Origin: Candidatus Thorarchaeota archaeon
GTDB lineage: Archaea > Asgardarchaeota > Thorarchaeia > Thorarchaeales > Thorarchaeaceae
Direction of reading: 5' to 3'
Assembly (NCBI GenBank): GCA_020348985.1
Contig: CP070761.1
Coordinates: 883,613 to 947,612 of the forward strand
Length of the DNA stretch: 64,000 nt
The notes under the pieces were generated by a model. The model had not been told where the DNA came from and ran no database searches. It worked only from the letters and a program-made list of their open reading frames with translations. Shown piece after piece: positions 20,143 to 28,579 of this stretch; positions within the stretch are counted from its first letter, which is position 1, and each line of letters starts with the position of its first letter. The position numbers and the translations under genes are program-made.

Positions 20143-21339
20143 TCATGCTCCCTCCGGGATGGTTACTGTTGTCCAGTCAGCGTAATCCTCAGGTTTCACA
20201 TCGCGTCTTTCCATCAACCAGTCAATCAAGTCATGCAGTGTCTTAATTGCGGCAGGATGCATCATCATGAATAGGTCATTTCCAGCCAACAGAAGTGCAA
20301 GCGCAGTGACGCTTTCCCAGATCGGTCCTCTGAGCTCTCTCGGGCCGAGCTCCGGATTCTTTAGCCAAGCTTCTCTCGCAGCCCATGCGTTTGTTGTTCC
20401 GGAGCTTATTGGGTATTGCAGCTCCGAATCACCCAAGAGGCCCGCCAGCCTCATCCTCTGCATCATTGTGAAAGCGTACTCGAGACCATAGCCAAGCGCA
20501 GCAGTTGTTGGATCAATAACAATCTGCTCGGGTTTGAGCCATTCTATCAATCGTCGATTTAGCTCCTTCTGCTGATTAATGTCCAACGACGTCCATGAGA
20601 GAACAACCTGATCGTGTCTCTTGGCAGCCTCTGCAACTGGTTCATAAACGTCAACAGTGGCCGAACAAAGCAAGGTCCGCTCTCCTTCCGCTACCTCTGC
20701 AGCCTTGGCAAGAACAGGACCATCCTTCTCAGGATCTCCAGCCGACCCAACTAGAATCGGAACTCTGACGGCTTGAAGCACTTCCTCAACAGTCTTGGCA
20801 GCCTCATTAGGCGAAGTATCCTTTATCTGCCTGTCTGTACTTATCAGATGGACCGTGATTACATCGGCTCCGAACTTGTCGACGCAGAGCTTTGCCCATT
20901 CCGCTGGATCGTGCATAACCTCCTTGTAGTGTGCCTTGACCACGCTTGCCAGAGAGATCGGCATGTCAAAGACATCAGCCGCAATGATTGGACGATTCTT
21001 TGGAGGGGCCTGGAAGAGATCCCAAGCTGGAGCTGTGTGACCCCCTATCGTTATACTGTTGCTCCGAGATCCTCCCTCTCCCTTCGTTGCACCGATAGTG
21101 ATCTCATGGATTGTGCCCGTGTATTGTGGAAGCTTGGCTTGGAACTTGGTAGGAATCAAGGAGGTAGGTCTCGATGGCAACGCTGCTCTTGCTGCAGCTT
21201 GTGCCAACTGACGAACCATCGGACGCAGGGCTACCTTTAGCTCGTCAACCTCTATGGTGACGTTTTCCAGCTCCAACTCAACGAACTCGCCCAGGAGCTC
21301 ATCGAGTGGGTTGCTACGTCCTTCGTCCTGCTCAGTCAT
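20143..21339 (-). CDS. cdhD: ACDS delta subunit (CFeSP small subunit)
   Basis: DPAEWAK, DPTTAALGYGLEY, NAWAAREAW, MMMHP. Confidence 0.97.
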   Translation of the reverse strand: MTEQDEGRSNPLDELLGEFVELELENVTIEVDELKVALRPMVRQLAQAAARAALPSRPTSLIPTKFQAKLPQYTGTIHEITIGATKGEGGSRSNSITIGGHTAPAWDLFQAPPKNRPIIAADVFDMPISLASVVKAHYKEVMHDPAEWAKLCVDKFGADVITVHLISTDRQIKDTSPNEAAKTVEEVLQAVRVPILVGSAGDPEKDGPVLAKAAEVAEGERTLLCSATVDVYEPVAEAAKRHDQVVLSWTSLDINQQKELNRRLIEWLKPEQIVIDPTTAALGYGLEYAFTMMQRMRLAGLLGDSELQYPISSGTTNAWAAREAWLKNPELGPRELRGPIWESVTALALLLAGNDLFMMMHPAAIKTLHDLIDWLMERRDVKPEDYADWTTVTIPEGA

Positions 21340-22739
21340 TTCTTTTTGTCACCTTTTCCGATCCTCTTGATAATGACCCTTTCAGCGAATATCTTTGCAT
21401 TCTTGAAGATGATCTCAATTCCTCCGCCAACACCTGGCAGTGCAGCCGTGAATTCGCCAGGAACTGCGACATAATCTTCAGCCGCACCAACGACGGCAGG
21501 TAATGCTTCTTCTTCTTCAACCTCAACCCAACGCTCAGCGACAGGGTGATTATTCTCCCTTAGGAAAGCCTTGAGCTCGTCGATGGAAGATACATCCTTC
21601 TCTGTCGGAATCTTGTCTCTAACTGATTCGGGTATGAAGTCATAGACTCGTTCCTTGATTGTATCAGGAACCCAGACAATTCGATCCCAACCGCCGTCAA
21701 CCTGAAGGAAGCGTGGAGACCGCATGTATTCAACTGCAATCCCATGGAAGCCGGGTATCTGACGACCTCCGGCTGTGGAATCTGCCATGCTGGAGAACGG
21801 AAGACCGTTTACAGTTTCTCCTTTGTAGTCTCTATGGACAACTCCAAGTCCGTCAACTTCAGGAATCACGAATGCGATTGCTTCGAAGCATCCGCAACTT
21901 GTGTGTGGCTTATCAAAGGCACTGTAAAGCGCTACAGAGGTCACTTTGCCAAGTGACTTCTCCGCATAGGCCTGATTTACGCCCGTATACTCTCCAGTGA
22001 ACTCGTCGATTGTATCGCCTTTCGGAATCGAATATAGCGGTCCCTTGGGATCAACGCGAGCAGCCGCTCGGCCGTCAAACCAGCTAATTGCGCCACAGTT
22101 TGCGTAGCGCTGGGGGGTTATTGTGCAAACGTGTGTTGGTGCAAATGATTGGCAGAGTGAGCATCCGTAGAATGTATCGACATCAGCATCGCTGAGACCC
22201 CTGGCTCGTTCGTCTCGGGCATTGTATCTTGCGACCGCCTCATCGTAGCGACTCGCAATCTCATCAGGGTCTGTGATGAAGGTGATCTGAATCTTCTCTA
22301 TGATATTCATCTCACTTTTGAAGAGTCGGATGAGAACCTTGCCAAGATGCTCCAGAGTGTCGAAGCCTTTCTGAAACGATTTCTTGTTGAGCCGGATCCA
22401 AATGTCATAACGCTGGTTCAGGTGCATCATACCCTCAACGAAGTTGACATACTCGTGGATTCGCCTCTCGATCACACCTTCAAGGTCTGGTTCGATTTGA
22501 CTACCGGCTACTTCAATGAAGATTCCAAAGGGATGAAAACTCCCTTCCTCCATGTCCTTCAGGTCAGGTCCTATAATCATGACCTTTTCGTCTTCGACTT
22601 CTCCTTCTTCTCGTGCAAGGGCAAGCTCGAACTTCTTCTCCATCTTCGGACCTCCGAGCTCGACATACATGTCTTTGCCTCTTACCCTCTCTCCTTCGTA
22701 TACAACTCCAACGTCAACGGGGATATCTTCGAATGACAT
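21336..22739 (-). CDS. cdhC: ACDS beta subunit (acetyl-CoA synthase)
   Basis: A-cluster ligands CSLCQSFAPTH..CG and TSCGCFE; also HLNQR. Confidence 0.97.
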   Translation of the reverse strand: MSFEDIPVDVGVVYEGERVRGKDMYVELGGPKMEKKFELALAREEGEVEDEKVMIIGPDLKDMEEGSFHPFGIFIEVAGSQIEPDLEGVIERRIHEYVNFVEGMMHLNQRYDIWIRLNKKSFQKGFDTLEHLGKVLIRLFKSEMNIIEKIQITFITDPDEIASRYDEAVARYNARDERARGLSDADVDTFYGCSLCQSFAPTHVCTITPQRYANCGAISWFDGRAAARVDPKGPLYSIPKGDTIDEFTGEYTGVNQAYAEKSLGKVTSVALYSAFDKPHTSCGCFEAIAFVIPEVDGLGVVHRDYKGETVNGLPFSSMADSTAGGRQIPGFHGIAVEYMRSPRFLQVDGGWDRIVWVPDTIKERVYDFIPESVRDKIPTEKDVSSIDELKAFLRENNHPVAERWVEVEEEEALPAVVGAAEDYVAVPGEFTAALPGVGGGIEIIFKNAKIFAERVIIKRIGKGDKKK

Positions 22740-23285
22740 CTACTTTCCTCCTCCGACCATTTTTAGTATTTCATCTAGTTCATCATGCCAACGGTTCTCT
22801 TTCATGTTTGGGAACGACCATTTTGCATGTGGCTGATAATGCCTGCCAAGTGTTATCGCTGTCATGTGATCTCCGAAGTTCATCACAGCTGAGAGTAATG
22901 TCCACTGCATATAGTATGGTATGCCATAGACCAGAATGAGATCAAATGGGCCGTTTCCCTTGGGTCCAGTCCATTCAGGGTCTTGCAGGTAGAATGCAAG
23001 CTCCATTGCTCCCATTCTGGAGACTTCGTCAAAGCCCTTCTCGAGAAACGCCTTGATTGCATTTCCGGTGGCTATGATGGGTATCTTCGCTGCCTTCGAG
23101 AACTCTATTGCATAGTCAACCATTGTGCCCTTTCGATGCTTCTGCGTTAAAGCCTCGGATCCGATGACCAACACGGGCTTCTTTGCCTTCTTGATGTCTC
23201 TTTCAATCTGGGCAGCCTTCGTAATCGCCTTGGCACTGTCAGGTCCACAGATTTCTCCAGTCTGCCATGGTATTGCACGCATCAT
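22740..23285 (-). CDS. cdhB: ACDS epsilon subunit
   Basis: KAKKPVLVIG, DPEW.G..G.G.FDL, YQPHAKWSFPN; lies between cdhA and cdhC. Confidence 0.95.
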   Translation of the reverse strand: MMRAIPWQTGEICGPDSAKAITKAAQIERDIKKAKKPVLVIGSEALTQKHRKGTMVDYAIEFSKAAKIPIIATGNAIKAFLEKGFDEVSRMGAMELAFYLQDPEWTGPKGNGPFDLILVYGIPYYMQWTLLSAVMNFGDHMTAITLGRHYQPHAKWSFPNMKENRWHDELDEILKMVGGGK

Positions 23286-23287
23286 AT

Positions 23288-25633
23288 TCAGTCCGCACCT
23301 CCTGACATAATCATACGCTTGAGAAGCGTCGGGTCAGGTATTCTACGCTCTTCCCAATCGTTCTCTTTCATTTGACCCAGAATCTTGTCTTTTAGAGTGA
23401 TTGGAATATCAGAGTCACGTCTGATGTACGTCCAGACGTCATCAGGGAAATAGCCGTAATACTTCTCATGGACATCGATGTAGTGACTTAGCTTAATTGA
23501 GCGGCCTTTGCTTGTGTCATTGGGCCTCAAACAGAGCTTTGCCGTCAAGACATTGCATTCTTCCACAGTCTCAGCTGCGTAGAAGAGATGCTCAGGACCA
23601 GGCGCGACCGAAACACGGTCTCCTGTACGGGCATCCCACACAAGCCAGTCTTTCTCCTTGTCAGCTCTTCCCATAAGCATTCGACGGTACTTCGAGCCAT
23701 GGGGTCCCACGATAACTGGGACTCCGAGTCTCCAGAAGCCAGCTGCAATCGAAGCCGCTTTCTGTGACATTGCACCCCAAGAGATTCCTACTGCACCAAC
23801 TCTGTTGTAGATGTAGTCAGCAATCTCTTCGTAGTTGCCTCTAAGATTCCGCTTGGCAAAGATGGCTGCGATCTTGATGGCCGCTCCAGCAATGTGTGAG
23901 TTGGAGACACAAGACCCCACATTGACGACCATTCCGGCGTCGAACTCTCCATCACGCCTCTCGTAGATCGATTTACCTGCCTCATCCAGGACTTGTCCTG
24001 CACTCATAGCTGCACATCCTGAGGCGACTATGATGTACCTTCTACTGGCGAACTCCTCCATCATGTGGTGTACATCTTCACCACCGCCAGGGTAGTTTGC
24101 ACAGCCAACATGAGCAATGACTCCAGGTATCTCACCGAACACAATCGGTTGTCCAACTCGGCGGATTTCTGTGTCCTGAATAGCACCTCTTCCTGTTCTA
24201 ACCATGAACTTCTCCTTGTCACATGATGGTTCAGCGGCCTTGACCATCCAACTATGTAGCAGATAGTCGTTAGGACAGGCAGACTCACATCGTGCACACC
24301 CAATGCAGTTGTGATAGATTTCCTCCAGAGGAGCGAAGTTACCTTGTTGAGCCGCTAAGACTGCCTCTTGGACTGGTTGGTCATTAGGACAGGCACGAAC
24401 GCACTCCATGCATTTCTTGCAATCCGCTGCCATCTTCTTGATCTTCGCCTTGCTGGGCAGGATTCCTTTCTTCTTGCGCTTGGGTTTGAGAGCGATGGCA
24501 ACCTTGGCTGCAATCTCACCGACCTTCTTGTGGTCGCTCATGTAGACACCAGGTATCTTACCTGAAACAAGATCGTCAATTATCTCATCCACAGGATCAT
24601 CTGACCTGTCAGGTAAGCCCATCACAGCCTTGTCACTTGTCGAAATGACTGCGGCCTTGACTTTCTGTGCTTCCTCTACGACGTTTGTGCGGACGCACTG
24701 CTCGTCAACGATGATGACATCGGCTTTTCCGCTCCTGATGAATCTCAGTTGCCATGAAATCGGGCCAACGACCTTGGCATTGGGGTCTCTCCGAGTGATA
24801 TCCCAGGCAGTGCAACAGATTCCACCGACTTCGATCTCATTACCGAGTTTCTTCTCAGTGATGTAGTCAGTAACAGCAGCGGCAGGAACGATATTGTGTC
24901 CGATGCACAGAACAGTTGCCTTCTCAGGATCCAAATTACCGAAGCCGGCTTCAACAAGCGGCGCCTCTGGATCAGCCTGCGGGAAGTCTAACGTCGATAT
25001 CTGAGCGAGGTCACCTATCTCGAGAGCTAGATGATCTGTCATTCCTGCGTGGAATACTTTACTCTCAAAATCCATCCAGTGTCCTTCTTGACCGGTTGCA
25101 GTCGCAGACAGAAGATGGGCCAGCTGACTCTCTGCGTAATCAAGAACTGCACTTGCATCTTCCAGCGTTCTCGGCCTCATTCCTGTTATCAAACGCGTAA
25201 TCGGAGCATGGATCTCAGTGCCAGGGCCTTGAATCAGTGGGGCCCTTGGACCATATTCGTCGATAAGATGGTCAACCAAATGTCTCGCATGTGCAAGATG
25301 TGCCGAGGTTCCAATGTTGGCAGCAGCTAATACAATCCTAGACTGTTGAGCCTGCATATTGATCCCACACGCACCCTTCTTGTTGCCTGTTAGGTCGCAT
25401 TTTCCAAAGGTACACAAGCAACACACCTGACAGTATGGCATGTAGGAGGGCTGGTACCTTGACAACAACTTGTGATCCCATGATCTGAGTGTTGTAGGTC
25501 CAGGCATTGGAGTCGGACCCATAGGTTCGTCCCAATCGTCATCAACTAGTTCGCCAATACTAATCTCAAGGCCTCTGAATCTGCCAAGACCGGTGGTTGC
25601 TTCATCACTTTTGATTCGCACTCTCTTCTTCAT
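23288..25633 (-). CDS. cdhA: ACDS alpha subunit (CO dehydrogenase)
   Basis: CQVCCLCTFGKCDL, GICCT, DEQC, two ferredoxin motifs, GSCVSN, GA.SQKA. Start set at ATG 25633 (MKKRV); the ORF opens at 25726. Confidence 0.97.
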   Translation of the reverse strand: MKKRVRIKSDEATTGLGRFRGLEISIGELVDDDWDEPMGPTPMPGPTTLRSWDHKLLSRYQPSYMPYCQVCCLCTFGKCDLTGNKKGACGINMQAQQSRIVLAAANIGTSAHLAHARHLVDHLIDEYGPRAPLIQGPGTEIHAPITRLITGMRPRTLEDASAVLDYAESQLAHLLSATATGQEGHWMDFESKVFHAGMTDHLALEIGDLAQISTLDFPQADPEAPLVEAGFGNLDPEKATVLCIGHNIVPAAAVTDYITEKKLGNEIEVGGICCTAWDITRRDPNAKVVGPISWQLRFIRSGKADVIIVDEQCVRTNVVEEAQKVKAAVISTSDKAVMGLPDRSDDPVDEIIDDLVSGKIPGVYMSDHKKVGEIAAKVAIALKPKRKKKGILPSKAKIKKMAADCKKCMECVRACPNDQPVQEAVLAAQQGNFAPLEEIYHNCIGCARCESACPNDYLLHSWMVKAAEPSCDKEKFMVRTGRGAIQDTEIRRVGQPIVFGEIPGVIAHVGCANYPGGGEDVHHMMEEFASRRYIIVASGCAAMSAGQVLDEAGKSIYERRDGEFDAGMVVNVGSCVSNSHIAGAAIKIAAIFAKRNLRGNYEEIADYIYNRVGAVGISWGAMSQKAASIAAGFWRLGVPVIVGPHGSKYRRMLMGRADKEKDWLVWDARTGDRVSVAPGPEHLFYAAETVEECNVLTAKLCLRPNDTSKGRSIKLSHYIDVHEKYYGYFPDDVWTYIRRDSDIPITLKDKILGQMKENDWEERRIPDPTLLKRMIMSGGAD

Positions 25634-25836
25634 TTTCTTGTGCAATCCCCGTGGATGATGGTCGCGTCGGTTACAGCGCGCCATAAATGGTTTGTGAACC
25701 GTCAAGAACGACCATGAAGTCAGCATATTAAGTTACAGTTCGTAACCCAAAGTGAGAAAAATGAGCTCCATGTCATGTTTGTACGAATGATAAGCTATGG
25801 AATGTAAGGAATATGCAACCGCGCAAAGTCGTCGTT

Positions 25837-26631
25837 TCAGCGCAGGTTACTACGCAGGTGATCCTTAATCTTCCGCAACTCTGACATTCCCGGTGATTCG
25901 GGATTAAGATCAATCGGGGCCACGCCTTTACGGTCTGCTTCTTTTATGGTCTCGTCCTGAGGGATAATGCCAAGGAGAGGAACACCTTCTTCATCCACTC
26001 GACGACGAATCATCTCCTCATCTTCATACGTGGCCACCTTGTTGCCTATCGCCAAGATGCGTCCAACATCAATATCTTCTGCCAGTTTCCGAATCTTTGC
26101 GAGTATGTCAAGTGACCTTCGCCCAGGTTCTGCAACAACTAAGAGTGCATCCATGCCTCTAGTCGTACCACGTCCCAGATTCTCAACGCCTGCATCCATA
26201 TCCATGACGAAGGCTTCATCGGTTCCCAATATCAGATGTCGCATTAGTTGCTTGAGTAGAGTTGCGGATGGACACATGCAGCCAGAGTCACCTATGTCCA
26301 CGGTCCCAGCAACTAGAAGACTAACATTGTCTGGACCTGAAACGGCGAACTTCTCGGCCAAATCGTCCACAATCGGATTCATCTTGAAGTACATCTTGTA
26401 TGATTGCGCCGGATCAATCTCCAGACGTTCCTTAAGCAGCTCCTCATTTTCAGTAAGTGGAACAATCTGTGCGGCGACCTCTTCGGAGATTCCAAGTGCT
26501 GACCAAAGGGTATAGCTAGGATCAGCATCTACTGCGAGAATTCTAAGACCGTCTTGACCTAATAGCCTTGCAAGCGTCCCTGCAACAGTTGTCTTTCCGA
26601 CGCCACCTTTGCCCGCAACTGCAATCTTCAT
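25837..26631 (-). CDS. cooC: Second CooC-type nickel-insertion ATPase
   Basis: AGKGGVGKTT, DADP, GCMCP, AGVENLGRGT. Confidence 0.92.
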   Translation of the reverse strand: MKIAVAGKGGVGKTTVAGTLARLLGQDGLRILAVDADPSYTLWSALGISEEVAAQIVPLTENEELLKERLEIDPAQSYKMYFKMNPIVDDLAEKFAVSGPDNVSLLVAGTVDIGDSGCMCPSATLLKQLMRHLILGTDEAFVMDMDAGVENLGRGTTRGMDALLVVAEPGRRSLDILAKIRKLAEDIDVGRILAIGNKVATYEDEEMIRRRVDEEGVPLLGIIPQDETIKEADRKGVAPIDLNPESPGMSELRKIKDHLRSNLR

Positions 26632-26657
26632 GATTTCATCCTCTTCCTCGTTCTGTG

Positions 26658-27941
26658 TTAATCTCTTACCCTAACGGCATGCAGAAGTCTTCTGAGAACC
26701 TCGGTTTCCGACAACTGGCCGTTTCCATCTTTGTGGAATGGAATAAGCTGAATGGGTTCTTGATCAACACGCAACATTGTCTCTTCTGTTAGGACCATGT
26801 TGGAACCCGCAGGAATGAACACGGTCGCTCGAGAGGGTGTGAGACCGTCAGGAGGTCCGATGTAGATAAGAGGCAAGCTGGACATACAGGCTCCTAGCTC
26901 TCCAGGTAGCGTCGCAACTATGTCAGATCCGACCACAAGCGCGGCATCGAATCTCTCCCCCAGCAGCAGACTATGCATATTCTGTCCTTCACTATTCGAG
27001 GCGCTCCCAGTCGAGTAGTCGACGGCTGATGGGAATCCCGTTGATCCATTCAACGTTTGCATTGCACCAATCGTGTTCGTATCGGAAGCGACCGGCATAG
27101 CATGGGCAGCTCGACCGTTCTTACGAATGGATTCGATCAACTCCTTTAGTGCCATCAAGTTCTCTGAAGCATAACCAGAAGCGAATAGGCCGCTTCCGTA
27201 GAAGAAGACTGTACTATCTGAGTTCTTGAGCTTATTTGTGAGACTGATGAGTTCGACAGCTGGAATTCCTGCGACCTCTTCTACAATCGATGATGTTCCG
27301 GTCAGCTCACCACTTATTGCTCTCATTATGTCAGCATCGGAACCGAATGGAATCACCAGCCGATGATTTGCTATCTTCATAGTCTCGGTCTCACGAACAT
27401 CTACAACCACGACTGCTCTGCTTTCAACTCCCTCAGGTATTCTTTCACCTTTGGGAAGTACGGAGAACCTGCTTACGTGTCTGTGACTCGACTCTGTGGG
27501 GTTTGAGCCCCAGTATATCACGACTTCAGCATTGTTTCTAGCATCATCCAAAGTGTAGTCGATGTTCATATCATGCAGCTCGCTAGAGAAAGCTCGAAGA
27601 GCTCCGAGACTTGCTTGTGTATCGAAGAACGCCTTGCAACTTGCAGCAATGTCAAGACCCACCTTGATAGCATCATTAGTGGATCGTGTCCAGCCATAGA
27701 CCAAAGGCCGCTTTGCTTCCCTTAGGATTTTGGCCGCTGCCGCCACAGCCTCATCCAAAGAAGCTGAAACAGACTTGCCACTCTTCCTGATAGAGGATTT
27801 CGATTCATTTCTCTTGAGGGCCACTTCCAAGCACTCATGACCGAGACGACAGAGTCCAAGTGACTTCAATTCGCCCTCTTTATACTCGGCCTTGACATCA
27901 TCACAGAGAAGCGAACAACCGTCACATACAAGATCCTTCAC
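26658..27941 (-). CDS. FwdB/FmdB-like protein, catalytically degenerate
   Basis: CDGCSLLCDD..C cluster motif, AKRPLVYGW and VIYWGSNP..RH match FwdB. The VCHGP and PMRGH motifs are replaced by LGALR and PVASD. Confidence 0.85.
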   Translation of the reverse strand: MKDLVCDGCSLLCDDVKAEYKEGELKSLGLCRLGHECLEVALKRNESKSSIRKSGKSVSASLDEAVAAAAKILREAKRPLVYGWTRSTNDAIKVGLDIAASCKAFFDTQASLGALRAFSSELHDMNIDYTLDDARNNAEVVIYWGSNPTESSHRHVSRFSVLPKGERIPEGVESRAVVVVDVRETETMKIANHRLVIPFGSDADIMRAISGELTGTSSIVEEVAGIPAVELISLTNKLKNSDSTVFFYGSGLFASGYASENLMALKELIESIRKNGRAAHAMPVASDTNTIGAMQTLNGSTGFPSAVDYSTGSASNSEGQNMHSLLLGERFDAALVVGSDIVATLPGELGACMSSLPLIYIGPPDGLTPSRATVFIPAGSNMVLTEETMLRVDQEPIQLIPFHKDGNGQLSETEVLRRLLHAVRVRD

Positions 27942-27950
27942 TCGATCACC

Positions 27951-28424
27951 TCACCAAATCTCGATAGCGTCGGTGCAACAGTACTGCTCACATACTCTAC
28001 AATTGAGACGGTCCGGTGGGAATCTGCGGCATTTTTGGAGATTGATTATCTTCGATATGCCATTTTCCACACGAAAGACGGTCTCTTCGGTCATTGCAGC
28101 CTTTCCAAGACTTGTCGGCGGTTCGGCTGCAACATCAACTGGACACACTACAACACAGTTTCCGCAGCCTGTGCATTTCTCTTCATCAAGCTTGATACCA
28201 GTTTCTTCGGCCGTTAGCATGGGAGCGACAAGTTCTCTCAGTTTTGCAAGATTCTCCTCGAAACCCGATTCAAGCAAGGGAGGACAGTCATCTGGTTGGA
28301 CGTCTCCTAGGGCTAGCTTCGTCGCAAAGGCCATGCAGGTCTTGGGCTCACATAGTCTGCAGTTTGTCTTTGGAAGCAGATTGTAAAGCTCCATCGGGTT
28401 TAGTTTCACGTTCTTTTTCACCAT
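27951..28424 (-). CDS. FwdG-like ferredoxin with N-terminal CFeSP-type Fe-S domain
   Basis: LPKTNCRLC...CMAFATKLA..CP followed by CTGCGNCVVVCPV..VENG..C..C..C...C. Confidence 0.85.
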   Translation of the reverse strand: MVKKNVKLNPMELYNLLPKTNCRLCEPKTCMAFATKLALGDVQPDDCPPLLESGFEENLAKLRELVAPMLTAEETGIKLDEEKCTGCGNCVVVCPVDVAAEPPTSLGKAAMTEETVFRVENGISKIINLQKCRRFPPDRLNCRVCEQYCCTDAIEIW

Positions 28425-28579
28425 GGAAGCCTGTTCTTAGGCGTTTCGAGCGGTTTTGTGACCTTTACAGCTATTCCACAAGAATTATCCGGTATAGTCA
28501 AGACCGCTTCATGTCCACATTGGCAAAGTAATATCAACATCTAGATAGGGACACGTCGAGTGTCTAGCATCGAAAACCG

